Source of the DNA: Amoebophrya sp. A120 | Taxonomy: Eukaryota; Protista; Dinoflagellata | Reading direction: 5' to 3' | Length of the DNA stretch: 64,000 nt | Assembly: GCA_905178155.1 (NCBI GenBank) | Contig: CAJINV010000001.1 | Coordinates: 8,879,642 to 8,943,641, forward strand | Shown: positions 11,931 to 25,562 of the stretch, one piece after another | Layout of the letters: each line of letters begins with the position of its first letter | How positions within the stretch are numbered: the stretch's first letter is position 1 | Notes under the pieces: model-generated | Database searches by the model: none | What the model was told of the DNA's origin: nothing | Seen by the model: only the letters and a program-made list of their open reading frames with translations | Translations under genes and position numbers: made by a program

Positions 11931-14900
11931 TTTTCGTTTCCGGGCACCTGAGCGCGTCCGACACCTCCACATCGCCGGGCAACCGCTACGCCGCAGCACT
12001 GCGGTACTGGGAAAGAAGTGATATTTCAGTGAAATCTCACTTTTTCCAGAGTCTCACTTTTGGGCGCCCAAAAGTGAGATTTCTCAAAAAGTGAGATTTC
12101 AGTGAAGTCTCACTTTTTCCAGAGTCTCACTTTTGGGCGCCACAAAGTGAAATTTCTCAAAAAGTGAGATTTCAGTGAAATCTCACCCATTTCCGAGTGC
12201 GGTACTGGGAAAGGGGTGAGATTTCAGTGAAATCTCACTTTTTCCAGAATCTCACTTTTGGGCGCCCAAAAGTGAGATCTCTCGAAAAGTGAGATTTCAG
12301 TGAAATCTCACCCATTTCCCAGTGCGGTACTGGGAAACGGGTGAGATTTCAGTGAAATCTCACTTTTTCCAGAGTCTCACTTTTGGGCGCCCAAAAGTGA
12401 GATTTCTCAAAAAGTGAGATTTCAGTGAAATCTCACTTTTTCCAGAGTCTCACTTTTGGGCGCCACAAAGTGAAATTTCTCAAAAAGTGAGATTTCAGTG
12501 AAATCTCACCCATTTCCCAGTGCGGTACTGGGAAAGGGGTGAGATTTCAGTGAAATCTCACTTTTTCCAGAATCTCACTTTTGGGCGCCCAAAAGTGAGA
12601 TCTCTCGAAAAGTGAGATTTCAGTGAAATCTCACCCATTTCCCAGTGCGGTACTGGGAAACGGGTGAGATTTCAGTGAAATCTCACTTTTTCCAGAGTCT
12701 CACTTTTGGGCGCCCAAAAGTGAGATTTCTCAAAAAGTGAGATTTCAGTGAAATCTCACCCATTTCCCAGTGCGGTACTGGGCTCCAGTGCGGCACTGGA
12801 GCCCAGTATCACTTTTTCCAGAATCTCACTTTTGGGCTCGAAAGTGAGATTTCTCAAAAAGTGAGATTTCAGTGAAATCTCACCCATTACCCAGTGCGGC
12901 ACTGGGAAACGGGTGTGATTTCAGTGAAATCTCACTTTTTCCAGAGTCTCACTTTTGGGCGCCCAAAAGTGAGATTTCCCAAAAGGTGAGATTTCACTGA
13001 AATCTCACTTTTTCCAGAATCTCACTTTTGGGCCCGAAAGTGAGATTTCTCAAAAAGTGAGATTTCAGTGAAATCTCACTTTTTCCAGAGTCTCACTTTT
13101 GGGCGCCCAAAAGTGAGATTTCCCAAAAAGTGAGATTTCACTGAAATCTCACCCATTTCCCAGCGCGGCACTGGGAAACGGGTGAGATTTCACCGAAATC
13201 TCACTTTTTCCAGAATCTCACTTTTGGCGCCCGAAAGTGAGATTTCTCAAAAAGTGAGGGCATTTTTAAGAGTGTGCATGTAGTGCGTAGGCACAGGAAT
13301 TGCCCGCTTTGTATTATTGTTATTGTATATGAGTCGTAGTGGTATTGGCAGGAGATCATGGCCCGCGTAGCCTTTCACCTCTGTCGACCGCGCAGCATTT
13401 CATTTGTATGGGGCATTTATGAAGCAGAGAGCGCCAAATTGTGTAGGTGCTAGTGTGAAGCTTTGCCGTTTTTGCCTCCCAGTGTTTTGCAGAAAAATTT
13501 TCCGGTGAAGAGGGGGGGGCTTTTCCGATCCATGGAAGAAGAATTAAATGCAGGACCATTCATATTGCCCATTTTGATTTTCGTACTTCCTCAGGCGCGA
13601 CCCACCGGTGTCCCTGACGGATCCCTATCACGAAAGCTTGCGGCTTTACCACGAGGAACAGCAGAGGGCAGTCAAGGTGGCAGCAGGCGCGCCCCCACCC
13701 GCCACGGCAAGTGTGAATGGGTACCACGCCTATCCACCGCCGGCGATACCGGCACCAGGTGTACCAACAGCAGCGAGCTACGACCCCCGGCACCACGGAC
13801 CGCCACCTCCCTTGCCGCCCGCTGCACTGCTCCGAACGAAAATGAGCACGCCCCCGCCACCGTCTTTCGCGCCGCCTGCTCCGGAGCCACATCCACCTCC
13901 CTACCGCAGCGAGCGCCAAATGATCAAGGAGCATCTAGATGCCGAACTTCCGCCTCCCGGCATCAATCTGGTCAACGGGACGAGCACTACTATACCTCCA
14001 GCCGCAGTTGCGCCATCTTCAAATAGCCACTACTACGACCGAGGTGCACCACCTCCGCCTGGTCAACATCCACACGCGACCGCTGGAGGCCCACCACCTG
14101 TTCTTGACAGGCATCTGCACGGCAGCCGGGTTGCGACGCCGAACGGAGCTCCTCCGCCCCACACGACCACTAGTAGTTCATCCTCCATGGCAGTTCCACA
14201 CATCAACTACGATTCATCCCACAACTCAACCCCTTCTGGTTGGGACCAAATGCACCAGCATCGGCCGCTGGGTGCATCTTCCTCCAGCGCGGCCAGTACG
14301 GCAACCGGAAGTCGCGGACCTCCTCCGCCCTCATTGCACCATGCAGGAGCTGCACCAGTCGCGGGCGGACCACCGCCACCAATACCTCCTGCGGTCGTGC
14401 ACCACTACAACAATCCGCATGCAATGCACTTCGAATCGCCGCACCTTCAGCAGAGTCCACCAGCGAACTCCGATCAGCTGAATTACGAATCCACCACGGA
14501 AAAATCCGTACATTACAACACCCGCAGTCACAACACAACCGGCAGCGGCGGCGGTGGCCCGCGAGGAGGTGGGGGACGCGACCGGACAGGAGGCGGACAC
14601 AACAAAAGTGGCACGAAAGAGAACAACGGTAACCTGTCCCGAAACGGCAGCAAACACTACAACCGCGATCCGCCGTACAACAGCATGTACAACAGCGGAA
14701 CTTCTACAGGTGGAGGGAATCGAATGCAAAGTGGAACAAATGACGGGGGTGGTAGAGACAATAAGCCTCGTTCGGCGATGGAGCGGCGGCGCGGAGCAGC
14801 ACATCCGGCAGCGTTTCCGCAAGCGAAATTCCAGCTGATGGATATGGAATACCCAACGGACTACGAAATCGCACAAGAGCACCCTGAACTAGCGAACCAC

Positions 14901-16433
14901 CTGCAGGGAAAAGTTTTCCAAGTCATCTCCTCGCAGCAAGGCAGCAAGCACGTCCAGCGCCTGCTGTGCGAAAGCGAAATCGCAACCAAGGTGATTGTGT
15001 GCGAGGTAAGTGATATTGACAGAAGTTGTACCGATTAGCTTTGTTTCTTTTGCGATAATTTTTATTTTGATCCTCGTGTTAGTAGTGTTGGTATATGTGC
15101 GCTTTGACTTTTCATGTACGTGTTCTGAACTCACAGCTCCAGCCGCACCTAGTACAGCTAATGCGAGACCAGTATGCCAACTACGCTGTGAGTATGGTGT
15201 TCAGTGCGCTGCCCGACTTAAAGCGGCAGGAGCTGCTTGCCAGCGGGTTCCAAATCAACGAGCTGGTGGAGATCGCGCAGGACAAACGGGGCACCCACAG
15301 TTTGCAGGCCCTGCTCCACCGGTGCAAGGACGATCCTGTGGGAACCGTGCAGACCTTTTTGACACAGTTGCTCTCTCGGTTTCTGGCATTCGCGCTCGAC
15401 CCCAACGGCACACATGTGGTGCAGAAGTGTCTGCAAACGTTCTCACAGGAGGGGCTGCAAGATATGTTTGGCACCATCTGCGATTTCTTTCCCGATATGA
15501 TGCACCATCCGCACGGGCTCTGCGTACTGAAAGTGGCAATCACGCGGGCAGAAAAGCCGTGGGCAGAAAAACTGCGGCAAAAAGTGGTGGACCATACGCT
15601 GGTACTTAATCCTGAATTTCGAGAACTTTTACGTCACCTTTTCAGGATGGACGCAACGCTGCAGAGAAAAGTTTCTGTTGCAGCTTTTTTCCAGAGAATG
15701 AGAGCAGCGTGAACATAAAACTTGTGGTGTCTATTGTTTCACAAGACGATGCGCGACGTGAGCTTCGCGACCGCAGATCAACAGCAACTACAAGAAGAAC
15801 GCACACCATAAAACACACTTGCAGGCTCTAATCGAGAATCCTTTTGGCAACTACGCGGTCCAGCACGCTCTGAAATCTTGGGGCTGGGAATACTGCGGTC
15901 CCGTGATTGAACAGCTGCGGTACAGATTTGCAGACGCGAGCACACAAAAATTTTCGAGCAACGTCGTTGAGTGCATACTCGGTGTGGCGCCCACCGAGGT
16001 CGGTGACACGACTCACACAAATACGGCCGAACAAGAAGATCAAGCTGCGCAACACGTGGAACTTGCGAGCGAGCCGTGGCAACAGAGAAAGAAGCAAAGC
16101 AAGACGAAGCTCATGACGCGCATCGAGATTATCCGAGAAATAATTGCACCGACGAACCTCGGCGAACTGCTGAACAGCATGTATGGCCAGTACGTGGTAA
16201 AGCGTGCCCTCGCAGTCAGTGAACGGCAAGAAATAGAGGAGATCACTGATGCCTTTGAGACGTACTTGAAAGGCGGCACTTCAGGTCCGGGCGCGACGAA
16301 CCGAAAGCAGGCCCGGCACCGCTGGGAGCGGATTCTGCACGATAACGCACATCATCGGGCGGCCAACGACAGAGGTCTTCAGAACAACCAACACGGACAC
16401 CAAACTGCACTGGGGAGCTACAACAACTACTGA
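11927..16433 (+). CDS. Pumilio/PUF-family RNA-binding protein
   Basis: Eight PUF repeats (QQGSKHVQ, DQYANYAVS, DKRGTHSLQ, DPNGTHVVQ, HPHGLCVLK, NPFGNYAVQ, QKFSSNVVE, SMYGQYVVK) follow a Pro/His-rich N-terminus. GT-AG introns lie at 15006-15136 and 15602-~15824. Exons from 13595 are firm; the upstream exon 11927-12003, joined via intron 12004-13594, is tentative. Confidence 0.85.
11998..13258. repeat. Nested-palindrome (foldback) satellite, 125/198-bp units
   Basis: Repeated gtgagatttca-g-tgaaatctcac, tctcacttttgggcgcccaaaagtgaga and cccagt-gcggt-actggg hairpins. Unit spacing is 198,125,198,125,125 bp, giving a 323-bp higher-order repeat. Confidence 0.95.
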
Positions 16434-18535
16434 GGACACGAAATAAAATACGGCCGATTTTGTTGACAATGTTGAAAGGCGGTCCTGATCTACATAGCGA
16501 AATAAAAAGCAGCCGAAGCGAAATAAAAAGCAGCCGAATTTCTCTACTTGGGCGACACGAAGGGAGAAAGAGAATAAAAGCCAGTTCTTCGGTTTGGCTT
16601 GCGAGACCGCATTTCTTCGCGAATGGACCAAGTCGAATCGAATTTCTTTTCATCGTGTGTTTTTTTTTTTACACAGAAAATGAAACACCTTGCTTTGTCA
16701 CGCTCACGACCAAATTTTTTAACAACACCACCCTAAGCAGGGACCACAAGCCACTTACAATCAGAATGAGAAATACTTGCTTGCAAACATAACACTTTTT
16801 CAAAAATTCTGCTGATGCCACCTTATCTTCCAAGACGTTGGGCTCCGATCTCGCATTAAGAATATACCCCAGAAAGTAGTAGCAACCAAAAGAAAAGAAC
16901 CAGAGCGGTCTTCCCTTCGCGCCAATCCTCCGTCGAATTTCACCGCTCGGCGATCTTTTCGGGGTCTTCTGCTGCAGCGGTGCATCGACCGCCTTAATAT
17001 CTCGTGTACCTAAAGTCAAAAAAGATTCCTCCGAAAGTAAGTATCTCACTGCAGCAACGAAGACCCCGAGAAGGGAACTGGAGATGCATCTGCATTTGCA
17101 TTTCACTGTTCTGATGGGGCTAGTTGCTATAGAGTACCTCCTCCGCAGTATTTTTGTATCTCTATCTTCCTTTACGATCACAGATGGGAGCCAGAAATGG
17201 CTGTGGTGCAAGTGTAACTTCTACGACTAAGTGCAAAAATATCGAAGCAAAATGGTCAATAAAATTCTTCAAGATTTACCATGAACATCATCAAGACAAC
17301 AAGCCTCCTCGGGTGTGTGGTCCTCCCTTCCGACTTTCTTTATATGAGAACCACCGCCACGCAGGAGTTCAGCTGTGTTTTTTTCATAACTTTATTTTTA
17401 TGAAAGTACTACAATAACAATAAACCCAATTTTTACGATTATGACGAGTAGTTCTGGAACAGGAATTTTCGATAACAAACAGAGCAGATAGGAAAACTAC
17501 CCAAGAAGATCAAAATGAAGACTAGAGCCTTGTTTCTCCACCTCCTTATGAAGACCATTCCATCCACTCTTGGCCACTATCTGCGAGGGTTCGTTGGCGT
17601 CGGCGTTTCAGTAGCTAGTAGAGTAGCAGATCCCGCTGCGGATTTCCTGCTTTAATACAGCTACCGTCGTGTGAACAACGTCAACGTCAGAGCCGTAAAG
17701 TAACCCAAAGAACTGAAAACTCAACTTTTCTCAAATTTGTTTCGCACTTTATTTTGGAATTTGTATAGGATACTATTTGATGCAATAGAAACATCCTTCT
17801 CCTTCAAAAGTAGATACAGCTGATGATGTTGATATGATAAGTAGCTGCTTGCTACAACAACCAAGTATATGGCAACAATTATCGATATTTGGATATTGTG
17901 TAACTTTGTTCATTATGGAAACAAGAACGCATAAGATTATTCATAGAGTAAGCCACTTGGTTCTAAAAAGTTTTTTTCAAATAGAGAGGTTAAGCAGGGT
18001 TCACGTCAAGGTTTTGAAAATCCTAGTACAACTTCGACTTCCACTTCGTATCCGACTTGTATGAAATTGCAAACAACAAAAACATTTGAAAGATTTGTCA
18101 CGAACTGGTCCATGGGAAATCACGAGAATTGCGCGTGAGTGACGCTCTTCGACTTGTTTCGGAGTCGGAAAGATCAAAAATTCTATACTTATCCGAAAAG
18201 TCCGCGTTTGTTGTTGTTCAGCAGCGTGGTAATGTGGAAGAGTGCTGATGAGAGTTGAGATGATATTTCAGAAGCACAAACACAAATATTGTCTACGTGA
18301 GCGATTTTTTTTCGACTGGCTCGTCGAGTGTCCTCGTATTAAGAGCATCTTGAGGTACGCAAAGATTGCTCATGGTCCGATGTGCAGCATTCACATTATA
18401 CAACTTACTTACCTTTTGCCATCGCGCTCGACAAAAAAATGAAAAATTTCACCCAGCCTCATACACAGAACAAATAGTATAGATCGATATGAAAAATTTG
18501 AATTATCTTTTCCCCTAGTAGCACCCAACCACAAC

Positions 18536-20918
18536 ATGGTCTTTTTTCTCTCAGCCCGCGCGAAACAAAAATGTTGCGTCTTAACAACTGTTCTGAGTCT
18601 CCATGCGTTGCTAGTGCATGCCAGCATGCCGATACACGACGGTTGGTTTTGGTTGTTGTTGGGCCTGGCTGTGTTCAACTACCTGGCCACGGCTTTGTCC
18701 GATCCAGGCTACGTAGGAGGGATACCCTCAAACCGGGACACGGACACGACACCACCCGGTCTTGCCGACGACGTCTTCAATCCGTCACCTACGTATCCTG
18801 CGGAAAAACATCCCCGCCCCAGAGGCAAGATGATACTTTTCAAGACCACGCGTTTCTGCTGTAGTCGCGGGCGATAAGCTTGGCTCGCAGTTTAATGGTG
18901 CGGTTTAGCTATTGCAGCCGCGTCAAAATTGATTCTAGCATTCGTTACTGATTCTAGCATTTTGACTTTGAGAAGCAAGCTCCCAGAGTGATAGTATTAG
19001 AAAACGCTTCCCACGGGGCTGCGCATGAGAAACATTTTAGGACTGCAGCTTTCTATGAGGATTAACAAGAGTAATATGGCGTGGGGCCGGTTTCATACAG
19101 GATACGCCAGCGATGTTTTCCACGGCAAGGCAGCAGCTGCTGGTACGCAATGGAGGCGAAGAAGGAGATACTAGAGGAGTGATACAGCAGGACGCGAAAA
19201 CATTTAACGGCCAGCATGTTGATAGTAGAAGTACAGCAGCAGAAGTCTCCTTAGGAGGCGGAACACGACTGTCACAAAACGAGGGCAACTATACAGTGAG
19301 GACCGGCGATGGCTCGTCATCGACATCGTCGGCAGGAGGAGCTTCCGCTACGCTCTATGATGCTACCACGACATCGCAAAAATGGTGCAGCATCTGCAAT
19401 TGCGAGCAAGCTCTGCGCACAAAACACTGCCGGGACTGTCAGCGCTGCGTTAGGACCCACGACCACCACTGTCCGTGGGTAGACAGCTGCGTCGGTGAAG
19501 GAAATCGTGCCTTTTTCTTTGCCTTCATCCTGTTCCAGTTTTTGGAAACAGCGCTCTGCATGTCCCATGTCGTGCGCCGCGTAGTATTGAGCACCGGCGG
19601 AGGTAGGGACACTGACATGTATAGCGACGCTGACGAAGAGGGCTCGAATAGCTTGCTGCTAGGGGAAATAAATGTGGTGGATGGAAAGAAAGTGGAGATG
19701 AACCGGATCGATCTCGATGCACAGTACAGCACACAGCAGGAAAAAATGCTAGACGAAGCAAAGCGAACCAAGATGCTGATGACAGAGGGGCACCACCCAG
19801 ATATAAGCAGCAGCGCTGTCCGTGGCGCACTGCTTGGAAAGCATTCTCAGAGTTACCAAGATGAACTCTATGCGGGGACCACGAGGCCGTCAACGTCGGG
19901 AATGGTTGTGGCCCAGGAACTACAACAGGTCCGCCAGCACTACGACGCCCTTTCCTCGGCGAATCACGGCACGTCCAGAGCGCAGGTATCGCCCACCGCT
20001 ACCGTCAACGACATTGCGCTACTGCTCGTGCTCGCGATTATTGCGTTTGCACTTTTCCTCCTTTTCTGCACTCACGTGTATCTGATATCCGCCAACCTGA
20101 CGACGTATGAAATGACGCGGCGTCATCGGGTGCCGTACCTGCAGAATCTCCGTAAGGGCTCGCCGTTCAGCGAAGGCTGTTTCCAGAATTGGGCCGCATA
20201 TTTACTGCTCGGCCGCACCCCCTGCTGGCGGGCATCGCCCTGGTACCGCAGGAAAGCCGTGGCGATAGTGAAGAACATCAACGGCTGCTGCACTTCATCT
20301 TCCCGGTTTCTCCGCTGGTTGATCTTCCCGAGAACAGGAAACAACAGAGCAAACAGACTAATCCACCAGCGAGCGCTTGTTCTTCCAAATAACCGCGCAA
20401 CAGCACTGCAGGAAGGCCGTCGCGGAGGAAGCCCATCTTGGTCCATAGTCGAATCCGGCTCGACTTCCACCACAACATCTTTGCATCTTCAGGGCATACG
20501 CAGCACAGGGATCACCCCTGGGTCGACGGAAGCGTGCAATAATTATGGGGAAAAGGACGCGCTAAATCGGTACGATTCTCGTTTTCCTGGTGACGAGGCT
20601 GTGGAGGCTCCTGCTTCGATATTTATTCAGGGGGAGGATGCCGGCGGGAGCGGGACGCCAATAATGTCCGGAGAGGATGCCAATATTCTTGTATCGGAAC
20701 AAGCCGGACACAATGCGGAGACTGTTGACTTTGAAACGAATGCAGAGGCGGCCGAAGAAGGCCGCATGGAAATGCATTTATTTGTCGAAACCGAGAACTA
20801 CACGATGAACATGGCTTGTGCCCCGGACCCGGTCACAGGACACATAACCTGGACTCCGGGCACGGCCCACGTGCCGTTTTGTCTCACAATATGCAACCCC
20901 TGCGTCTACGACCAATGA
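18536..20918 (+). CDS. DHHC-type palmitoyl acyltransferase
   Basis: Contains CSICNCEQALRTKHCRDCQRCVRTHDHHCPWVDSCVG and the TTxE motif (NLTTYE). Exon 1 carries TM helices and ALSDPG. One intron at ~18793-19105. Confidence 0.9.
18794..19104. mobile_element. Decayed TAT..ATA introner-like intron in the DHHC gene
   Basis: Left arm tatcctgcggaaaaacatccccgcccca versus reverse complement of the right arm tatcctgtatgaaaccggccccacgcca (19/28). It resembles the TIR at 38739-39017. A GT..AC cut (18793-19105) restores ..PTPAM.. in frame. No intact 5-bp TSD. Confidence 0.55.
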
Positions 20919-21630
20919 CAAGAGAAACAAGACGAAAAAAACCCCCGCAATATTCTTGCAACAGCAACTTGCTTTTGATTTCAAACTGAAGAGTACACAA
21001 ACGCAGAGACAGAGAGCGAAAAGAAGAGGCTCAGTTTCCTGCGCGTTAGCTCGTTCACTTATTAAGTAATTTGTGCTACATGAAGGTGGGAAGAAACTTC
21101 CTCTCTCGGTATCATGATCGGTCAGCCACTGAGCAGAAAAACAAGCCGAATTTTTCGCAGATGATGATCAGTACAGTTTTACGTTTACTCGTCGGTGATA
21201 GATGGTGAACACGAGGAAAACAGAATCGGTGGACGAAAGACGAGGCACCGCTTTATGATATATTCCGGCGGAATATTTTCTTGCCGTAGTAGAAGCATCT
21301 GTCTAAGAATGATCTCTTCAACATGCACATAGAAGTCTCATGTGGAAGATATGGTAATATTAGTGAACAGCGAGAGTCCCCATCGTGCGCTAAAAGGAAC
21401 TGGTCCTAAACGCTTCTCAGACGACACTTTCTTATTTCTGTTTCTGGGTCAACCAGATTTGTCAAGCCTCTCGAGTAAATTTAACTTTTATGTTTTGAAA
21501 GTTTCTCAACCGAAAAAAGAGTAATCAGTGTATATCAAGATCACGTTCTTCGAGTGCATAACATACAGACCACTAATTTTTATTCCCAGCAAGACCATCT
21601 TGTGGTAAGTAACACACAACAAGCCAAAAG

Positions 21631-24352
21631 ATGTCAGCGCAGTACCGAATGGAACCGGAGGAGCGGTTTGCGAGTGAGAATAACGGGGAAAGGGAGGGAT
21701 TGATAAAATCGTTATCGTCTGCCCCAAGTGGCCTCCGTTCGTCTGCAAATAGCAGATCGAAAAATCGTCGCGGTGCTAGCGAGGATGAAAACGTATTTTT
21801 GTACGACGACGAGACAGGAGCTATCAAAGGCAATTTGTCTGTTTTACACCTTGGGTTATCCCATTTCTTTTTCTTGACATCTTCGCTTTGTATGTCCGCC
21901 TGTCTTTGCAGCGGGTAGGGGTACGGGTTTGCGGTGCTGGTCCACAAGGAGCACGACCTTTCGATTATCTACCCTTTTGCAGCACCTATCCTCGTGTGAT
22001 ACATATAACTGCTGAGGACCTTCTACAATATATGAGGTGTGTCGAGATAGGGCCCATAGCTTGAAAAAACTGCACTTTTTCCTTTGATAGAAACTGATCC
22101 TGACGCTGAGTTGGAGCGCAAGGCCAAGTGGGTGCGTTGCCTTGTGGGCGGCTGCTGTGGCTGTCTACACATCTTTCTGTTGATGGTCTGGACTTTGTTG
22201 ATGCTCGGTTTAACTATCGGCATCCCCAAGTTGGAGGACAGCGAAGTAATTTCTGATTTCCTCGGCATTACGGACGACTTCGAAAATCAACTGCCTGCTG
22301 CGTGGAAAAAGGCAATCGGGCACCCACCTGCTACGGCCTCGTTTGCGCAACTAGCGGAACAGGAAGATGTGGATGTGGTCGCGAGCGATCTCCTCGGGCA
22401 GGCTGCTGCATCATGGCCTGCTACGCAACATGATCTTCAACGCAAAAGGTTTTTGGAAGCCACTGGAGAGGCGCAAGAAGCTGAAGATGCACAACAACCG
22501 TATCAGGTGGCGGCGATGACAACAAGCGCCCTGTTGCAATTGGGCGAAAAAGCAGGGGGTGGCGCTGGAGCGCCCCCGGGCACTCCTGTTTCGAAAAATG
22601 TCAAGGACATCATAGATGCTGCGTATGCTTGGCACGGAAATTTACCATATTGCAGTCCTACTTGAAGTTCGTGCTAAGTACTCCGCGAATCTGCTGGGGA
22701 AGGCTACAAGCATTCTCTTCGTGCATGATCAGAATTTATTTCAGTTCCTTGTTTGTCGTCTTTCCTGCTTGTGGTATTTCGTTTTGAGGCAAAGGCTTCT
22801 TTTTTCTGTACGAAAAGTGGCAGTTGTGATCACTTTGACTTTGCATATATCGATGATGGCGGGCACAGAGCAAAGTGTGTGAAAGTTTCCAAGCATACGC
22901 GCGCGCCATTCAAGAACGCGGCTGGGTACGTATTCTGGGTCTATGGTTTCTACGTGGTTTCCCCGAGCGAGTCGAACCTTCTCATCTACGTCTTCGGCTA
23001 CCTTTACGAGTCCTTCAACAAGTATTTCGGTCCGGGCAGCTGGTTTGACAAATCCATTGACGTGTACAAGAGGGGCACCGATAACCCGCCCAGCGCCAAG
23101 CCTGCGTCTTTTTTGGAGCAAGAAGAAGAACTGGGCGCCAGCTCATCTCCCATAAGTCACAAGGAGCTTCTTGTTGATGAGCAGGGGAACGAGGGCCACG
23201 AAAACCAGATGCTGCAAATCGAGCAGCTTGACCACGCGCCGCAGCGGCAATCAAAGTCGTACTATGTAGACCAGGTCAAAGATGGCAACATTAACTTGAA
23301 ATTCGGCAAGAAAATGCAGACAGCTGCGGGTATCAACATTGCTTCCATCGTGCTTCTCTTCATCGCAGTCGTCTGCCTGATGCGCCTTGGATGTTGCAGC
23401 TGCGGAGGTCCGAAGAAATATGGCAAGGGATGGTGTGTCACCATTGTCTTCTGGCTTGCGGTATGAATATTTTTTTGGTTTATTTTTTTATTCTTGACGT
23501 TGACGGCATTCACATTGAAGACGTTTTTCCGGTAAATTGACATATTGAATAAGATGAGCATGAGTCTGCTTAACTAAAATCAAGATGGTGTCGCATACTG
23601 TATGTAACTCTCGAAAAGCAGGCAAAATGATCTTCATCTTTGCCTTCCCGTCCCGTCTCATCTTGCTGGCGTCGCTCAGGTGGTCATAAGAGGTGGCACA
23701 ACATCACATTCCAATTTGATCTCCACAACCACAACAGATTGCATGCGACCTGACACTGTTGATTCTGCGGGGATGTATTCCCGGCTCGGTAAACGATGTG
23801 CTAAAGCCCGTGCAGTACTCCGTGGAGAAGTCCTTGGGAGCCGTGCTCGAAAAAGTGCAGGATCTAGATCTTTCGGGGACGCAGTGCGTCTCCGGATTCC
23901 AGTGGGGGCTGTACCGATTGATCGAAAGCGCGTCCCAAGGCGACCCCGACGCGGAGGCTGACCTGAAGCTCTTTGCAGGCGACCAGCCTGGGGCCGTGGC
24001 ACAGTTGAAGGCCTCCCGGTTGGCGAGCATCGCGGCGGCAGGCCCGGGCGCAACGGAGGAACAGGTGTATGCTTTGTGGACGGACCCGACCGCGGCGGCC
24101 GGTCGGACTCAGCTGCCGAATTTTCCGATTGACGATACCACGTGCAAGGAGGTCAATCAGGCTCTCAAGATTGACCTACCCGCACTGTACAGCGACGTTG
24201 TGACGCCGATGATCCTCAGCCCCGGGCCAGGGGCCACTATCGCCGAAATTCTCGGCTACGTGACCTTTTCCCTGACGATCGTGCTGCTGCTCGTCGGCAT
24301 GTTCTGCTACGGGCAGCTGAACCCGATGGCCGCCGCCGGGAAGAGGCGGTAA
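21631..24352 (+). CDS. Multi-pass membrane protein of unknown function, 4 exons
   Basis: In-frame joins via GC-AG introns 21830-22090 and 22621-22788 and a GT-AG intron 23461-23737. About 4 hydrophobic helices with Cys-rich juxtamembrane segments. Confidence 0.7.
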
Positions 24353-25562
24353 TCGTAATTCTATGTATATAGGTGAAGCTACGAAAAAATGATGAATCTC
24401 GGGATTATATTTTTTGCGTGGGTCTCCAGGGCTGTAAGAACTACATTGAAGGGATACATCCTTCCTAGAAGACACACAACTGCGCCCGGTTCTTTTTCTT
24501 TACCTCTCACAGTTGGCAATCCATCATTATCATCAACACGTTTTGCGTCGCCCATGGCTGTGTCTGACATCACATATTGACACTCACATGATATCTAAGA
24601 GTCAGATGTTGAACATAAGTAGTAGCTGTAGTAGTACACGTCGACCACACTTCTGCCTCGACTACAACTTCAAAATTAACTTTTACGTGGACACGATGCA
24701 GTGACACCAAATTTTGTACATTCTTGTAGCGTTGCGTGTTGGGGTGAGTTGTAAATAGTAATAGTTATAGTGTTGCTTTCTATTTGTGCGCATGAATGAA
24801 GATGACACGCAGAGCCGCTGAGTAAGTACTTAATGTCAATTCATCACCGCGACAAGTAATTTTTGCAGCTCGCCCTGATAAACATCACGCAACATAAGAC
24901 TCAAACACAAACTCAATAAAGACCGCCAATAAATTTTGTGAACATTCACATTGAATGATTGATGAGCTTCAGCAGAAAAACATGATAAAGAATGCGAACA
25001 GAATGAAAAGCACAAGCTAGTACTTGTATGCGAATCGCTGTGCCATGTTGTTCGCGTTCGCCTCACTCTACTCCCCAGTGGTCCAGCAGCACGTGTCGTG
25101 TGAGAATCAGGGCATAGAAGCAGTTCAAGAGGAATCTTAAACCCAATGTCTTCAACGCCATTGGTCATGTGCTTCCACTTCTCCACAAAAACGATTACTT
25201 CTAGTACGATTGAAAAACGTTAAACGTTTCTGAGACGGGAGAGATGAAGCGTGAGGGAGAGAATTAAAAAATAGGGCTTTCAACTACTAGCTTGGCCGTC
25301 TTGCAAAAATAAGTATTGGCTCACCTATAGAGCCATGCTGTCACTCCTATTCTTCTTCCCGATTTGAACTTGAGCAGGCACATGCACATCTTTGGGCTGC
25401 TACAATCGAAGCAGCACAATACCGGAGCGATGTAGCGGCTTGGTCGTGACTGGGCGCGCAGCCGAGTCCTGATCTCGGGAAGCTACGCGAACAGCACTTA
25501 TAATTGACTGCGCATCTTATGGTCGTCCGTGAAATTAAACCACTACAGATCGGTTAGCGAAA

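Noticed and set aside
11998-13258. CRISPR-like array
   Set aside because: No unique spacers, no cas genes and a eukaryotic context. It is a palindromic satellite.
16496-16537. 21-bp tandem duplication in the PUF 3' region
   Set aside because: An ordinary slippage duplication with no further structure.
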